A stretch of DNA of 64,000 nt from Candidatus Methanomethylicia archaeon (GTDB lineage: Archaea; Thermoproteota; Methanomethylicia; Culexarchaeales; Culexarchaeaceae). The stretch's first letter is position 1. Each line of letters opens with the position of its first letter. Below, in pieces: positions 34,735 to 46,908 of the stretch. The stretch covers positions 152,345-216,344 of the forward strand of contig JAVYVS010000003.1 of the NCBI GenBank assembly GCA_038727515.1, given 5' to 3'. The notes beneath the pieces are model-generated. The model made no database searches. It had not been told where the DNA came from and saw only the letters and a program-made list of their open reading frames with translations. Position numbers and translations under genes: made by a program.

Positions 34735-37700
34735 TTATTCATTCATAGACATAGACATATACTCTATTATTTTTGCTTGTTTTCCCTTTTTACTCTTCTC
34801 GAATAACAGTTGTATTTCCTTCATAATTAAATCAAGTCTTTGTTTATAGTATATTGGCAAATTATATTTTGATATTAAATTGTCTGCAAAGGCCATGTAC
34901 TTCATAATATTACTCTTATGTACGGTTAATGATAACTTTCCGCCACACTTTATACATCTACCGGAAAATGGAGGTCTATTGTATTTTGTATTACATTTTA
35001 TGCAACGTACTGTTTGAGTGGAAAATGCCCTTAAATTACCCATTAAATCTGGTATAAAATGATGTTGTAAAACTCTCTCAATAACATCTCTTACATCAAC
35101 AGCACGAATTTTTTCTGCCATTTTTATTTGTGAAATTATTTTCTCATTCATAGTCTTTAATTTTTTATACGATGAAACCTTTGGTCCTCGATCTATTGAC
35201 GTGGTATCAATTGTGAATTTAAATTCCCTATATTGTAATGAGGTTCCAAGTCTATCTTTTACCTTTTCTACAATTAAACTTACATCTTTTGGATCTACGT
35301 TTAATATAGTTTTTTCATAAAATTCTAGTGGAAAGTTTTTACATACTTCCATATTATGTACCTCGTCGTCAACCTCATTTGGATCTATAATTAAAGTTAG
35401 AACAAGTGGAGCATCCATAAATCCTCCAACTTTTTCTGGTAGGTACATTTTAGAAAAATTTAAGAAGGCATCTAATGCAAGTAATATTGAATCTTCATCG
35501 CCATCACAGTTTCTTCTTTTAGCAGCGTGCCAATATGGATGTGCAAAACATACTTTTGCATCAGTAAAACCTATAATTCTTCCAATAACTCCACATGAAG
35601 TATGAGGTGCTAAACCAATAATTATATGCCCTACTAGATCTTCTTTTCTCCCTATATTATAAAATGGTTCTGATTTATAATATCTAATAAGTAACTCATC
35701 GATAAATCTTGACACTTTCACTAAATAATCTGCAGCTTCTATCGGTATTATCACATCTTGTACTTTAAGTTCAACTATTTGATCATCATTATTTAATTCA
35801 TTTCCATATATATCCCTTGTGTATCCTAACTCCCTGAGTTTTTCAATGGATGTTTTTATTTCTTTAGGTTTGAAATGTGTTAATGGCGCATTAGTGACAT
35901 CAAACCTTATAGTTCCATCCTTATAAACAAAAACCTCGTTTTTTGCTCTTAGTATACCTTTCTCAAGAGGTTCTGGTATTCCATATTTATTCATTAATTT
36001 TTTAACACCTTTTATAACTCTAGGTGGTGCAGTAATCCCAATATTTATACATGCTCTTTTTAGTTCATCATATATATCAAATTCATGTTTACGTATTGGA
36101 TGCATAATTTCATTACACCTTTTGCATCTATCCCCACTTATTTTAAGTCCACATTTTTCACAAATTTTCACTTCATCTGTTTGACTACCACATTTACTGC
36201 ATCTGTAATAGATAGTTTCATTTCCGCAATTTTTGCAGATTCTTAAAGGAGCTTCAATCTCAATGATCTTTTTACCAGCTTCTTCAACAATATTCCTATT
36301 AGTTGATTTTTCCCTTCCAACTGGAAATAGAACGTGTATTGGGGGTTTCATCTTTCTTTCTTTTGCCTTCTCAGGTCTACCCATTCTTAATCCTACAAAT
36401 GTGGGTGCTATATCCATAACTCTTATATTTGAAATTAAATTAATAGCTTCTAGTCCATTTTTTGCTTCTAATATTCTTCCGATGTCTCCTCCAATTAAAC
36501 ATGCCTCTAAAACTTTTATATCACTTTCATTTATGAATATCTTACTCTTATTCAAGTCACATTTATGTGGCATCCATATGTTTTCAAGAATTCTTTTTAT
36601 TTTCGGGTCAAATTCAAATTCCATATTATTTGATAGTCTATACTTCATCATTCTGGAAAGCCACTCTCTGAGATAAAGTACATCATTTGGATTTATTCCC
36701 TTCCAATAATATGTGTATTCTGGATGTAACGGTATCTCCAGTTCTTTAGAAAGTTTTATTGCTTCTTCAGCTGAAGGTTTAGAGTTTTTAAATATAATTT
36801 CCGTTAGCCTTTCCTTATTTATATGTGTTTTTGATGACAATGCTTCTAAATTCTCTTTAAACTTATTTTTAAATTTCATCTTCAAATCTTCTTGCCACCA
36901 TTGTTCATCATAGCCTGAAGGTAAGAGCTTACAATTATTTTCTAGAAAATCACCGTAAGATATTAATACGTCTCCAAGAAAGATTATTTCTTTTATTTTG
37001 TCTTTTATTTTCTCTAAATCCACTTGTGAATCAATTCTTACTACACTTTCATCATTAAGTTTTACTACTGGGCCGCGTAAAGTATCAACAGGCATAATTA
37101 TTCCGCTTTTTCCAGGCATTTCCATTTTTACCTGCGTTCCTACTGCTAAGAAATCCCCCAATACGGCCATAGTATATGGATGTAAACCAATGGCTGCTAA
37201 CCCTGTATTTCTACTTCTACCATACCTAAGTCTAAAACCACCTACCTTAGATGGATGTGCAAATACTGGTCTGCCAACTATTACATCCTCTAAATATTTC
37301 TCATTTATATCCCCTTCTACCTCCTCTTTTTTGCTTATATCCGATAACCATTCCCACCCTTGAAACCCTAATTTCTTTATTATTTTAGATAATTTTTGTG
37401 CTTTCCCTAAAATTCCATCATTAATAACTCTACATGCTCCTCCTCTTAACTTATTTGTTTCAACTCTTGGTAAATCACGATTTATACTTACTTCAATTTG
37501 TGCTGTGGGTACACCTGTAACTTCGACTGGTATCATTCTTATTGCTTTTTCTATTTCTTCTTCACTGTTATGATACTGAAATCTTCCAACATGTCTTTCA
37601 TGTAACCTTATCTCTTCTATGTATCTCCGTATTTCTTCCTCAGTAGGTTTATACTTGTCTAAGTGTAATAATTGCCTTATATAATCTGCTATAAACACTA

Positions 37701-38178
37701 TCAAAGCTTGTTCTGTGCCGCCTGCTGATCTAATGGGTCCTGCGAAATAAACGGCTAAATATTTTGTTTTATCCGAATTTCTTTTTATCTTTACATGGCT
37801 TATACCCTGAATAGGTGCTGCTGTAATTCCCTCAGTTAATATCGCTAATGCAGTCCTTAAAGCTATTTCAGCGCTCTTTTCAATATCAAAATCACCATAC
37901 TTTCCATAAATTATTTCTTCGGCTATTTTTAGAGCAACCACCTCTTTATCATGTTCTTTCAATAACTCTTGTATTCTTTTTGATATATTTACAATACCAT
38001 ATTCTACAAGTAGACCTTCAACTCTTTCAGCAAGATTTGTTGCCAAATATATTTCACATCTATCTGATGGATCAAAACCATTCTTCTTAACCTTATTCGC
38101 TATTTTGTAAATTTCTTCTACTTTAATCTTCAATTCTTTAAAATAAGAATCATCTTCTTCATTTTTAGATATGTGCAT
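34735..38178 (-). CDS. polC: DNA polymerase II (PolD) large subunit DP2
   Basis: AGPIRSAGGT, GGFRLRYGRSRNTG, RMGRPEKA, KRRNCDGDED; no intein. Confidence 0.97.
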   Translation of the reverse strand: MHISKNEEDDSYFKELKIKVEEIYKIANKVKKNGFDPSDRCEIYLATNLAERVEGLLVEYGIVNISKRIQELLKEHDKEVVALKIAEEIIYGKYGDFDIEKSAEIALRTALAILTEGITAAPIQGISHVKIKRNSDKTKYLAVYFAGPIRSAGGTEQALIVFIADYIRQLLHLDKYKPTEEEIRRYIEEIRLHERHVGRFQYHNSEEEIEKAIRMIPVEVTGVPTAQIEVSINRDLPRVETNKLRGGACRVINDGILGKAQKLSKIIKKLGFQGWEWLSDISKKEEVEGDINEKYLEDVIVGRPVFAHPSKVGGFRLRYGRSRNTGLAAIGLHPYTMAVLGDFLAVGTQVKMEMPGKSGIIMPVDTLRGPVVKLNDESVVRIDSQVDLEKIKDKIKEIIFLGDVLISYGDFLENNCKLLPSGYDEQWWQEDLKMKFKNKFKENLEALSSKTHINKERLTEIIFKNSKPSAEEAIKLSKELEIPLHPEYTYYWKGINPNDVLYLREWLSRMMKYRLSNNMEFEFDPKIKRILENIWMPHKCDLNKSKIFINESDIKVLEACLIGGDIGRILEAKNGLEAINLISNIRVMDIAPTFVGLRMGRPEKAKERKMKPPIHVLFPVGREKSTNRNIVEEAGKKIIEIEAPLRICKNCGNETIYYRCSKCGSQTDEVKICEKCGLKISGDRCKRCNEIMHPIRKHEFDIYDELKRACINIGITAPPRVIKGVKKLMNKYGIPEPLEKGILRAKNEVFVYKDGTIRFDVTNAPLTHFKPKEIKTSIEKLRELGYTRDIYGNELNNDDQIVELKVQDVIIPIEAADYLVKVSRFIDELLIRYYKSEPFYNIGRKEDLVGHIIIGLAPHTSCGVIGRIIGFTDAKVCFAHPYWHAAKRRNCDGDEDSILLALDAFLNFSKMYLPEKVGGFMDAPLVLTLIIDPNEVDDEVHNMEVCKNFPLEFYEKTILNVDPKDVSLIVEKVKDRLGTSLQYREFKFTIDTTSIDRGPKVSSYKKLKTMNEKIISQIKMAEKIRAVDVRDVIERVLQHHFIPDLMGNLRAFSTQTVRCIKCNTKYNRPPFSGRCIKCGGKLSLTVHKSNIMKYMAFADNLISKYNLPIYYKQRLDLIMKEIQLLFEKSKKGKQAKIIEYMSMSMNE

Positions 38179-38246
38179 TCTTGATCACTATATTCATCTG
38201 TAATCTAACTTAAAACAAAATTAAATATTCACTACTTACACATAAA

Positions 38247-39002
38247 CTATTTCACACTTTTTATTGATTTTATAATTTCTATTATTTTTGTATATTCTTC
38301 TCCCTCAATCAATGTCCCCGTAACAATAATATCTGCTCCTGCCTTAACTACTGCCTTAGCTTGTTCTACTGTTTTTATGCCTCCACCCACTATCAACTTT
38401 CCTTTTATTACCTTTTTTACCATGGATATAACTTTTGGAGGAACAGGAGTTTTTGCCCCCGAACCAGCTTCTAAGTATATGAAACGCATACCCAAATAAT
38501 TTCCAGCTAATGCATACATTGCAGCAATTTCTGGATGATCATAGGGTATAGGTCTAGCATGACCTATATATCCCGCTGCTGCTCCATCACCAACTATTAT
38601 ATACCCCATCGGTATAGCCTCAATCTTATATCTATCAATTATAACAGCTCCTTGTGCTTGTGCATCAATTATATAATACGTATTAGATGAATTTAAAAGA
38701 GACATAAACCATATAGCATCTGCATACCTACTTATACCTGATATATTGCCTGGGAAAAGTATTATGGGAATGTCTTTTGTTATTCTTTTTATACTTAATA
38801 TTAATTCATCAAGTTGACTTTCAGTTACTCCGATGCTACCTCCAATCATTATAGCTGCTGTCCCTGCTCTAATAACGTCTGAAATTCTATCAATAGTTGT
38901 TGTATCTATTTTTTCAGGATCTATTAAGGTAATATGTATAGCTCCCTCCTTATTTATCCTGTCTAAAAGATATGCTTCTGTTTTACCTATTTTTAAACTC
39001 AT
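38247..39002 (-). CDS. geranylgeranylglyceryl phosphate synthase
   Basis: TLIDPEK, IMIGGS, LFPG, YLEAGSGA, VGGGI. Confidence 0.93.
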   Translation of the reverse strand: MSLKIGKTEAYLLDRINKEGAIHITLIDPEKIDTTTIDRISDVIRAGTAAIMIGGSIGVTESQLDELILSIKRITKDIPIILFPGNISGISRYADAIWFMSLLNSSNTYYIIDAQAQGAVIIDRYKIEAIPMGYIIVGDGAAAGYIGHARPIPYDHPEIAAMYALAGNYLGMRFIYLEAGSGAKTPVPPKVISMVKKVIKGKLIVGGGIKTVEQAKAVVKAGADIIVTGTLIEGEEYTKIIEIIKSIKSVK

Positions 39003-39005
39003 TTT

Positions 39006-39263
39006 TTACCCCCTCATTTGCTTACTTAATTCTCCCGAGTAATACATGTCTATAAACTTACCATAAACATCAACATCTGTGAAGATTGATGGTATCATAA
39101 TTTCAGCATTTATTTTACAATTTCCACAGGTAATTTTAGCTTTACCCTCTTCCTCATTAATTTCTATTTTTATTGATTTTTTACCACAATTAGGGCATTG
39201 GAATATTTTTGGTATTCTTTTAGGCGGTCTTAAAGGCAATTTCTTTTTGTATTTTTTACCCAT
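39006..39263 (-). CDS. elf1: transcription elongation factor Elf1
   Basis: Basic N-terminus, FQCPNCG...CGNC, DVYGKFID. Confidence 0.88.
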   Translation of the reverse strand: MGKKYKKKLPLRPPKRIPKIFQCPNCGKKSIKIEINEEEGKAKITCGNCKINAEIMIPSIFTDVDVYGKFIDMYYSGELSKQMRG

Positions 39264-39459
39264 ATTTACCTCGACCTCTTATTTTATTTTTCAATTTTTT
39301 CTATAAGAATGTAAATTAATGATAATAACAATGTTACTATTGAAAAAATAATCAAAAAATCCATTAATGATGAAATCCACATAATGATCAGTGATACAAT
39401 CTTCTTTTAAATATTTAAACTTTAAATATTTCATTGTCCATATTGGCTATAGAATTAAA

Positions 39460-40044
39460 ATGGGAACAATACAGATAAAAACCTCTATAAAAGACCTAGT
39501 TTATATAACCCTTCAGCATATGAAGAAAAGAAAATCTAGAATATTATTATCCATTGGGAACATTTTTTTAGGTATAGCTCTAGTATCTTCGATGATGATA
39601 ATTAGCTCATCTTATGCTACTAGAAATTCTTCCACTTTATTAATGGTAAATTTAAATGAATACCAGTTATGGGTATCAATAATATCCATATTTGTGTGTA
39701 TAATTACAATATTTAATTCTATGCTGATATCAGTTGTAGAAAGATATAAAGAGATAGGCGTAATGAAATGTCTCGGTGCGAGGAACTCATTAATAATGAA
39801 ACTCTTCCTTCTTGAAGCAATATTGATAGGCTTAATTGGAGGTATTCTCGGCTTTTTAACAGCAACTTTTTTCACGCTTCCTGTGATATTACAATTGGGT
39901 AGTATACCTTCATTAATAAGTTACATACAAATACTATTTGTCGCTTTTTTTGTAGCAATTATAATAAGCACAATTGCAGCAATATACCCTGCACTTTATG
40001 CTTCTAAGATAAATCCTGTGGATGCATTAAGATATGAGGTGTAA
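39460..40044 (+). CDS. FtsX/MacB-like ABC permease (compact, no large extracellular loop)
   Basis: NSMLISVVER.KEIGVMKCLGA; YPA..ASKINPVDALRYE. Confidence 0.88.
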   Translation: MGTIQIKTSIKDLVYITLQHMKKRKSRILLSIGNIFLGIALVSSMMIISSSYATRNSSTLLMVNLNEYQLWVSIISIFVCIITIFNSMLISVVERYKEIGVMKCLGARNSLIMKLFLLEAILIGLIGGILGFLTATFFTLPVILQLGSIPSLISYIQILFVAFFVAIIISTIAAIYPALYASKINPVDALRYEV

Positions 40045-40046
40045 AT

Positions 40047-40763
40047 ATGCATCGTGAATTCTCCGTTGAGACCCTCAATTTAACGAAACACTATTTTCTT
40101 GGGGGTACCATTATAAAGGCTGTTGAAAATGTTAACATTCAAATATATAAGGGAGAATATCTATCACTTATGGGTCCTTCAGGTTCTGGAAAAACAACCT
40201 TATTTAAACTTATAGGAGGACTTGATAAACCAACTAATGGACAAGTCTTTATAGAAAATATTGACATATCAAAATTAGATGCGTATGAACTAGCTTGGTT
40301 AAGGTGTAGAAAAATTGGATACATATTTCAAACGTTTAACCTAATACCAATACTTACTGCAATTGAAAACGTATCGTTACCTATGATATTTGCGGGTACT
40401 CCAAAACAAGAGCGAATAAAAAAGGCTCAATCATTACTTGAGAAAGTTGGGTTAGGTGAAAGAGTATTACATAAACCCTCTGAGCTGTCTGGTGGTCAGC
40501 AACAACGTGTAGCCATTGCAAGGTCGTTAGCAAATGATCCATCAATAATATTGGCTGATGAGCCTACTGGAAACCTAGATTTAAACACAGGATTAGAAAT
40601 AACAAATTTATTGAGAAAAATAAATAGAGAAAAAAGCGTAACGATATTTTGTGCCACACATGATTATAAAATACTTGAAGTTAGTGATAGAATAGTATGG
40701 ATAAGAGATGGTAAGATAGAAAAAGTTGAATTTCGTAATTATATACGCAAAAAAGGCTCCTAG
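40047..40763 (+). CDS. ABC transporter ATP-binding protein (LolD/MacB type)
   Basis: [31 protein letters not shown]. Confidence 0.93.
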   Translation: MHREFSVETLNLTKHYFLGGTIIKAVENVNIQIYKGEYLSLMGPSGSGKTTLFKLIGGLDKPTNGQVFIENIDISKLDAYELAWLRCRKIGYIFQTFNLIPILTAIENVSLPMIFAGTPKQERIKKAQSLLEKVGLGERVLHKPSELSGGQQQRVAIARSLANDPSIILADEPTGNLDLNTGLEITNLLRKINREKSVTIFCATHDYKILEVSDRIVWIRDGKIEKVEFRNYIRKKGS

Positions 40764-41089
40764 TATTTAATAGTAATTTTCCGCATAAATTCTATGTATT
40801 TATCATCACTCAAATATATTTCATCATAACTTTTAAGTTGCTCTGCAATTGATTGGGCTATTAAATGATAACATCTTTCTTTTTTCTTTTTTATAATCAC
40901 TGATATATAGAAATCTTCGCATTGACAAAATAAATTGGGCAGAACTATATATTTCCCGGTTTTTCCTTCAACAACCCATCTTTCTACATTACTTGGTTTA
41001 AATATGTACTTTTTAACCTTCTTTTCCTTGACCAATCTTAAAGCTTTTTTGTAGTCTTTTTCACGAAACTTCATACTTTCATTTGACAT
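40760..41089 (-). CDS. SWIM zinc-finger protein
   Basis: FCQCEDF...CYH. Confidence 0.8.
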   Translation of the reverse strand: MSNESMKFREKDYKKALRLVKEKKVKKYIFKPSNVERWVVEGKTGKYIVLPNLFCQCEDFYISVIIKKKKERCYHLIAQSIAEQLKSYDEIYLSDDKYIEFMRKITIKY

Positions 41090-41243
41090 GATATCTACGC
41101 ACCATCAACACTTTTTTCCCAGTTAAGAAAATTCTCTATCTATAGATAAAGTCTTACATAACTTCATATAACCTTTAAAAATAAACTTTTAGTAGGGAAA
41201 TGATTACTTTTATATTTTTGTAAACTCTTTTTATACAAATGGC

Positions 41244-42629
41244 ATGACTGACATATTTGATGTTATAATAATTGGAGCAGGTCCAGCAGGTCTTTTTGCA
41301 GCCCATGAAATAGCATATAAAAGTAGTCTGAAGATATTAATAATAGACCAAGGTAGAGACGTCGAAGAGAGAATATGCCCAGCAAGTGAGTACTACTTAT
41401 GTCGTAAATGCTCTCCATGTAACATTATGTCTGGAGTTGGCGGAGCAGGTACTCTATCTAGTGGATTATTGAATTTAAGGCCTGATATAGGGGGCAATCT
41501 AACAGAACTAGTTGATGCTGATGAAGCTTGGCGGTTAGTAAATTACGTTGATTCAATATTTCTTAAGTATGGCGCTTCAGAAAAATTATACTATGGCGAC
41601 CCAAATAAAATTGAAGAATTAGAACGTAAAGCTGCTGCTGTAGGTGCAAAATTTATCCCTATACCACAACGTCATATAGGTTCTGACAAAGCTGTTCAAA
41701 TTATAAAAAATTTTAAAAATGATCTTGAACAGAGAAATGTAAAGTTTTTGTTAAAAACTCGTGTTGCTGAGATAAATAAAGGATCAGTACTGCTTGAGAA
41801 CGGAAAATTAATACATTCAAAATACATTATTGTGGCACCAGGAAGAGTGGGTGCTACATGGCTTGTAAAACAGGCAGAGAAACTCGGTATATCTACATCT
41901 CCAGGACCAATAGATATTGGTGTACGAGTTGAAGTTCCAGCTGTGGTAATGGACCCTATAATTGAAGTAAATAGAGATCCAAAATTTCACATATATACAC
42001 GTACATATAATGATTTTGTAAGAACTTTTTGTGTAAATCACAGGGGATATGTTGTACAGGAACTTTATGACGATGGCTCAGTAGGGGTTAATGGGCATTC
42101 ACTTGCAAACATGCAATCTTCAAATACAAATTTCGCATTTTTAGTTCGTATTTCTTTAACTGAACCTATAGAAGACACCACTGCTTTTGGTCTTTCAATA
42201 ACCAAAATAGCAACAATACTTGGTGGTGGTAAACCAATATTGCAAAAGTTAGGGGATTTAAGACTTGGCAGAAGATCGACATGGAAACGTATCTCTCAAG
42301 GTCATGTGCAACCCACACTCAAATCCGTTACTCCTGGTGATATTTCAATGGTTTTACCCCATAGAATATTAACAGATATATTAGAAGGCTTAGAGATTCT
42401 TAATGAGATAATACCTGGTGTGGCTACATCTTCAACATTACTTTATGCACCTGAAGTTAAATTTTCAGCCAATAGGATTAAGACAAATAATCGTCTTGAA
42501 TCTTCAATACCAGGGATATATGTGGCAGGAGATGGCGCTGGAGTTTCAAGGGGGATAGTTATCGCTGCTGCTACTGGGATAATAGCTGCAAGAGATATAT
42601 TAGAAAAAGAAGGTTTTTCAATTGAATAG
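41244..42629 (+). CDS. NAD(P)/FAD-dependent oxidoreductase with Cys cluster (COG2509-like)
   Basis: GAGPAG, CxxxxxxCxxCxxC, VRTFC, VNGHS, AGDGAG. Confidence 0.85.
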   Translation: MTDIFDVIIIGAGPAGLFAAHEIAYKSSLKILIIDQGRDVEERICPASEYYLCRKCSPCNIMSGVGGAGTLSSGLLNLRPDIGGNLTELVDADEAWRLVNYVDSIFLKYGASEKLYYGDPNKIEELERKAAAVGAKFIPIPQRHIGSDKAVQIIKNFKNDLEQRNVKFLLKTRVAEINKGSVLLENGKLIHSKYIIVAPGRVGATWLVKQAEKLGISTSPGPIDIGVRVEVPAVVMDPIIEVNRDPKFHIYTRTYNDFVRTFCVNHRGYVVQELYDDGSVGVNGHSLANMQSSNTNFAFLVRISLTEPIEDTTAFGLSITKIATILGGGKPILQKLGDLRLGRRSTWKRISQGHVQPTLKSVTPGDISMVLPHRILTDILEGLEILNEIIPGVATSSTLLYAPEVKFSANRIKTNNRLESSIPGIYVAGDGAGVSRGIVIAAATGIIAARDILEKEGFSIE

Positions 42630-42704
42630 GGGGCCGTAGTCAAGCTTGGTTATGACGTCGCCCTCGGGCGGCGAAGGTCGTGGGTTCAAATCCCACCGGC
42701 CCCA
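42630..42704 (+). tRNA. tRNA-Pro(CGG)
   Basis: GGGGCCG/CGGCCCC, loop CT-CGG-GC. Confidence 0.93.
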
Positions 42705-42705
42705 T

Positions 42706-44106
42706 CTACATTTGTTTCTTTTTAGAGTATTTCTTTATTATTTCTGGGTCTAACCTTTTCCAGTCACTTTCAGGTATGTATTCTGACAGTAAATCCCAAC
42801 CTATGTCTAAAGTTGTTTCTAACGATCTACTTTCATAAACTCCTTGTGCTATAAACCTTTTTTCAAAAGCATCTGCAAACTCCAAATATCGTTTGTCTCT
42901 TTCCGTTATAGCTTCTTCTCCTATAACTGCAACTAATCCTCTAAGTTCTACGCCTTCAGCATAACAATAGTATAACTGATCGCTAAGTGATTGATGATCT
43001 TCCCTAGTATATCTAGTTGCTTCTTTCATTAACCGTGAAAGTGAAGGTAGAACATTTATTGGTGGATATATCCCCTTCCTATATAAGGCACGGTCCAAGT
43101 ATATTTGCCCCTCTGTTATGTATCCAGTTAAATCAACTACTGGATGTGTAATGTCCCCACCAGGCATAGTGACTATTGGCATTAAAGTTATACTGCCTTT
43201 CTTATTAGTTATTCTACCGCATCTTTCATATATTGTTGCGAGATCTGTATATAGATATCCTGGATAACCTCTTCTACCCGGAACTTCTTCTCTAGCTGCA
43301 CTAATTTCACGAAGTGCTTCTCCATAACTTAACATATCCGTTAAAATTACTAAAACATGTAAATCTTGTTGAAATGCAAGATATTCAGCGGTAGTTAAAG
43401 CTATCCTTGGAGTTATTATCCTTTCTATTGCTGGATCTTCTGCTAAATTTAAAAACATCGTTAACCTCTCTAAAGCACCTGTTCTCTCAAATTCTCTCCT
43501 AAAGTATATAGCATCTTCCATAGTTATACCCATTGCAGCAAATATTATCACAAATTCCTCCTCTTTTCCTGGTATTGTTGCTTGTCTCGCTATTTGTGCT
43601 GCTAACGTATTATGTGGTAAACCGGATTCAGTAAATAAAGGTAATTTTTGTCCTCTACTTAAAGTATTCATACCATCTATTGCTGAAATGCCTGTCTGAA
43701 TAAACTCTTTAGGATACTCTCTTGCAGATGGATTTATTGGTGCACCATTTACATCTAATTCTTCTACTGCTATTGGAGGTGGTTTATTATCTATAGGTTC
43801 ACCTCTACCATTAAATATTCTTCCAAGTACATCCATTGAAACTGGAAATTTCATGGTCTCTCCAGTAAACGTTACTGTTGTTTTCTTTGTGTCTAACCCT
43901 CTTGTCCCCTCAAAAACTTGTACAATCGCATAACCTAAACCAGTCTCAAGCACTTGTCCCATTCTTATATCTCCTTCTGGGGTTTCTATTCTTACAATTT
44001 CACCATATGCTGCCTTCTGGACTCCTTTTACTATCAATAGGGGACCACTTATTTCAGTTACAGTTCTATATCTTAAACCACTGCCAATTTTACTGAACTT
44101 ATACAT
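42706..44106 (-). CDS. atpB: A-type ATP synthase subunit B
   Basis: [31 protein letters not shown]. Confidence 0.96.
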   Translation of the reverse strand: MYKFSKIGSGLRYRTVTEISGPLLIVKGVQKAAYGEIVRIETPEGDIRMGQVLETGLGYAIVQVFEGTRGLDTKKTTVTFTGETMKFPVSMDVLGRIFNGRGEPIDNKPPPIAVEELDVNGAPINPSAREYPKEFIQTGISAIDGMNTLSRGQKLPLFTESGLPHNTLAAQIARQATIPGKEEEFVIIFAAMGITMEDAIYFRREFERTGALERLTMFLNLAEDPAIERIITPRIALTTAEYLAFQQDLHVLVILTDMLSYGEALREISAAREEVPGRRGYPGYLYTDLATIYERCGRITNKKGSITLMPIVTMPGGDITHPVVDLTGYITEGQIYLDRALYRKGIYPPINVLPSLSRLMKEATRYTREDHQSLSDQLYYCYAEGVELRGLVAVIGEEAITERDKRYLEFADAFEKRFIAQGVYESRSLETTLDIGWDLLSEYIPESDWKRLDPEIIKKYSKKKQM

Positions 44107-44153
44107 CGTTAATCCACCTTGTAATACCAACAATTTATTTGCTCTTTCCCTAT

Positions 44154-45920
44154 TTATTTACTTATTTCTGAAAATTGTTCTTTAATTTTGTCCATGATAT
44201 GTTCATATACTTTTTTAAATTCTGAAAATGGCACTATTTTCATTCTTGCTATTTCATCTTTAACGGGTAAAGACATAATTTTGGAGAGAGGAACACCCTC
44301 ATTTACTTTATTTCTTGCTTCTTTATGGAATTGTATTATTGCTTTTAGCATAAGATAACTTTTTTCAATTTGGCAATAGGAATCTACTGGGTGATATGCA
44401 TGCTGAGCTAAAAAGTCTTCTCTTATCATTCTTGCTGCTTCAAGAATTTCTTTATCACTTTCTGGTAAAGCGTCAGGTCCAACCAATCTTACTATTTCTT
44501 TTAATTCATCTTCTTTTTGTAGTATTGATAGTGTTTCTTTTACTATTTGAGGCCAATCTGGAGCTATATTTTCAATGTACCATTTTTGTAACGTATCTGT
44601 ATATAATGAATAACTCGTTAACCAATTTATTGCTGGGAAATGTCTTCGTTCAGCTAATGATTTGTCGAGAGCCCAAAATACTTTTACCAACCTTAAAGTG
44701 GCTTGTACCACTGGTTCTGAGAAATCACCACCTGGAGGAGATACGGCCCCTATTATTGAAACCGACCCCACACGTTTATCTTGACCTAAAGCTACAACTT
44801 TACCTGCTCTTTCATAAAACTCAGCTAATCTTGCACTCAAATATGGGGGGAATCCTTCCTCTCCAGGCATTTCTTCTAATCTTCCACTAATTTCTCTAAG
44901 AGCTTCAGCCCATCTAGAAGTAGAATCTGCCATTAAAGCTACATCGTATCCCATATCCCTAAAATATTCGGCTATTGTTACACCAGTGTATATACTTGCT
45001 TCTCTTGCTGCAACAGGCATATTGCTTACATTTGCTATTAGTACTGTTCTTTCCATCAACGGTCTTTCTGTTCTAGGATCTTTTAATTCTGGGAATCTCT
45101 CTAGAACTTCCGTCATTTCATTACCTCTTTCACCACAACCTACATAAACTATCACTTTTGCATGCGACCACTTTGCAAGTTGATGTTGAGTTACAGTTTT
45201 TCCCGTGCCAAAACCTCCAGGTATAGTAGCAGTACCTCCCTTTGCTATTGGAAATAATGTATCAATAATTCTTTGTCCTGTAATTAGAGGTTCATCTGGA
45301 GGCAATTTACTTGTAAATGGTCTAGGTACCCTTACAGGCCATTTTTGTATCATGTTTAATTCTTCCTTTTCACCATTTTTCATTATTACTGCTATCGTAT
45401 TTTCAACAGTATACATTCCTTCATCGGCTATTTCAATTATTTCTCCATCTATTCCTGGTGGAATCATTATTTTATGTTCAACTAATGGTGTTTCTGGAAC
45501 AACTCCTATGATGTCCCCTCCGGTTACGTAATCCCCTACCTTTCTAATAGGTATAAATTTCCATTTTTTGTCTCTTGGGAGTGCATGCATAGTGACCCCC
45601 CTCTTTATAAAGTCGCCAACTCTTCTTTTTATATCTGGTAATGGTCTTTGAACACCATCATATATTTGACCAATAATCCCGGGACCTAATTCCACTGACA
45701 ATGGTTCTCCCGTTAAATATACAGGGTCACCTGGTTTTAAACCGCTAGTTTCTTCATATACTTGTATTATCCCCACATCTTCCCTCAAGGATATAATTTC
45801 TCCCATTAATCTTTCTTCTCCTACTTTTACTAACTCGTAAATTCTTGCCCCTCTCAATCCTTTAGCAGATACCACAGGACCTGCAACTCTTATTATAGTT
45901 CCTTTTGCTTCAGAACTCAT
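44154..45920 (-). CDS. atpA: A-type ATP synthase subunit A
   Basis: [28 protein letters not shown]; no intein. Confidence 0.97.
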   Translation of the reverse strand: MSSEAKGTIIRVAGPVVSAKGLRGARIYELVKVGEERLMGEIISLREDVGIIQVYEETSGLKPGDPVYLTGEPLSVELGPGIIGQIYDGVQRPLPDIKRRVGDFIKRGVTMHALPRDKKWKFIPIRKVGDYVTGGDIIGVVPETPLVEHKIMIPPGIDGEIIEIADEGMYTVENTIAVIMKNGEKEELNMIQKWPVRVPRPFTSKLPPDEPLITGQRIIDTLFPIAKGGTATIPGGFGTGKTVTQHQLAKWSHAKVIVYVGCGERGNEMTEVLERFPELKDPRTERPLMERTVLIANVSNMPVAAREASIYTGVTIAEYFRDMGYDVALMADSTSRWAEALREISGRLEEMPGEEGFPPYLSARLAEFYERAGKVVALGQDKRVGSVSIIGAVSPPGGDFSEPVVQATLRLVKVFWALDKSLAERRHFPAINWLTSYSLYTDTLQKWYIENIAPDWPQIVKETLSILQKEDELKEIVRLVGPDALPESDKEILEAARMIREDFLAQHAYHPVDSYCQIEKSYLMLKAIIQFHKEARNKVNEGVPLSKIMSLPVKDEIARMKIVPFSEFKKVYEHIMDKIKEQFSEISK

Positions 45921-45931
45921 ATATATTCCTC

Positions 45932-46246
45932 CTATTCCATTATTATTTCCACACCTATAGTTCTTCTTATAAGTTCTCTAATAAACTCTATTGAAGATGA
46001 AGGTCCCATTTTATCTGGTATTTCAACAATTACTGGTATTATTTCCTTATAGTACTCCTTTATGTAAGGCCTAATGCCACTTGCTAAACTTTCTGTTATT
46101 ATAATTACACCAATATCTGGAGCCTTTATTAGCTTACTAAATACAGTTCTAGCTTGTGTAAAGTCTTCAGCTGTATACGTCTCCTTTAACCCAGCTAGCT
46201 TAAATCCTATAGCTGTATCTGGGTCTGCTATTAATGCAACCTTCAT
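45932..46246 (-). CDS. atpF: A-type ATP synthase subunit F
   Basis: [26 protein letters not shown]. Confidence 0.93.
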   Translation of the reverse strand: MKVALIADPDTAIGFKLAGLKETYTAEDFTQARTVFSKLIKAPDIGVIIITESLASGIRPYIKEYYKEIIPVIVEIPDKMGPSSSIEFIRELIRRTIGVEIIME

Positions 46247-46908
46247 AGAGTTTCTTCCCCTACCTTAGTTATGTTTTTATACAATATTTTTCGTATTTCA
46301 TTTCTACTTTTCTCAATAATTGAATCTAGAGTGTTATCATAAATCATTGATTCATCGATTGTTAATGCGATCACTCCTCCTAACTCACTTATATCATCGT
46401 ATACTAACTTAATGTTGGTTTCATTTCCTGTCCTCATCTTTACTTCGTTTTCTATTTCTTTAATATCAAATTCTATATCACAATCTTTTGTATCAATTTT
46501 TATAATTAAATTTCCACCATTTAATGCTTCGCAACTTTCTATTATCAACTTACGAAGTAATTGTTTATAATCTTCTTGTTCTCTTAATTTACTTATTCTA
46601 TTTTTTAATTCACTTATTATTTCCTCACATAATTCTTCTTGAATTTTTAATATGTCTTCCTTTACTTTTAGCTTTATCTCCGCAATTTTTTGTTTTTTCT
46701 CATCTTCAAGCTGCTTAAGATAATTTTTTATTTCTTTGTTTATTATTTCTTCTGCTTGTTTTTTTGCTTTATTTATTATATTTTCTGCTTCTATTTTCGC
46801 TTCTTCTATAATTTTTCTTGCTTCCTCCTCCGCCCTAACTATGATGGCTCTGCTCGTAGCCTCTAAATCTCCAAAAATTGATATTTCACCATTTTTTCTC
46901 ATCATCAT
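46243..46908 (-). CDS. atpE: A-type ATP synthase subunit E
   Basis: N-terminal coiled coil; LGGVI...YDNTLDS. Confidence 0.88.
   Translation of the reverse strand: MMMRKNGEISIFGDLEATSRAIIVRAEEEARKIIEEAKIEAENIINKAKKQAEEIINKEIKNYLKQLEDEKKQKIAEIKLKVKEDILKIQEELCEEIISELKNRISKLREQEDYKQLLRKLIIESCEALNGGNLIIKIDTKDCDIEFDIKEIENEVKMRTGNETNIKLVYDDISELGGVIALTIDESMIYDNTLDSIIEKSRNEIRKILYKNITKVGEETL

Noticed and set aside
36233-38090. Several + strand ORFs of 66-147 aa (similar ones occur opposite atpA, the NrdD-like gene, radB and ths)
   Set aside because: Antisense shadows of well-supported genes, with Ser/Phe/Ile-rich composition typical of reverse frames.
39366-39410. Possible C/D sRNA (ATGATGA...ATGA...GTGATAC)
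   Set aside because: No D box (CTGA) at a suitable distance.
34735-45920. Inteins in PolD DP2 or AtpA
   Set aside because: Protein lengths are normal and motifs are contiguous at the usual insertion sites.
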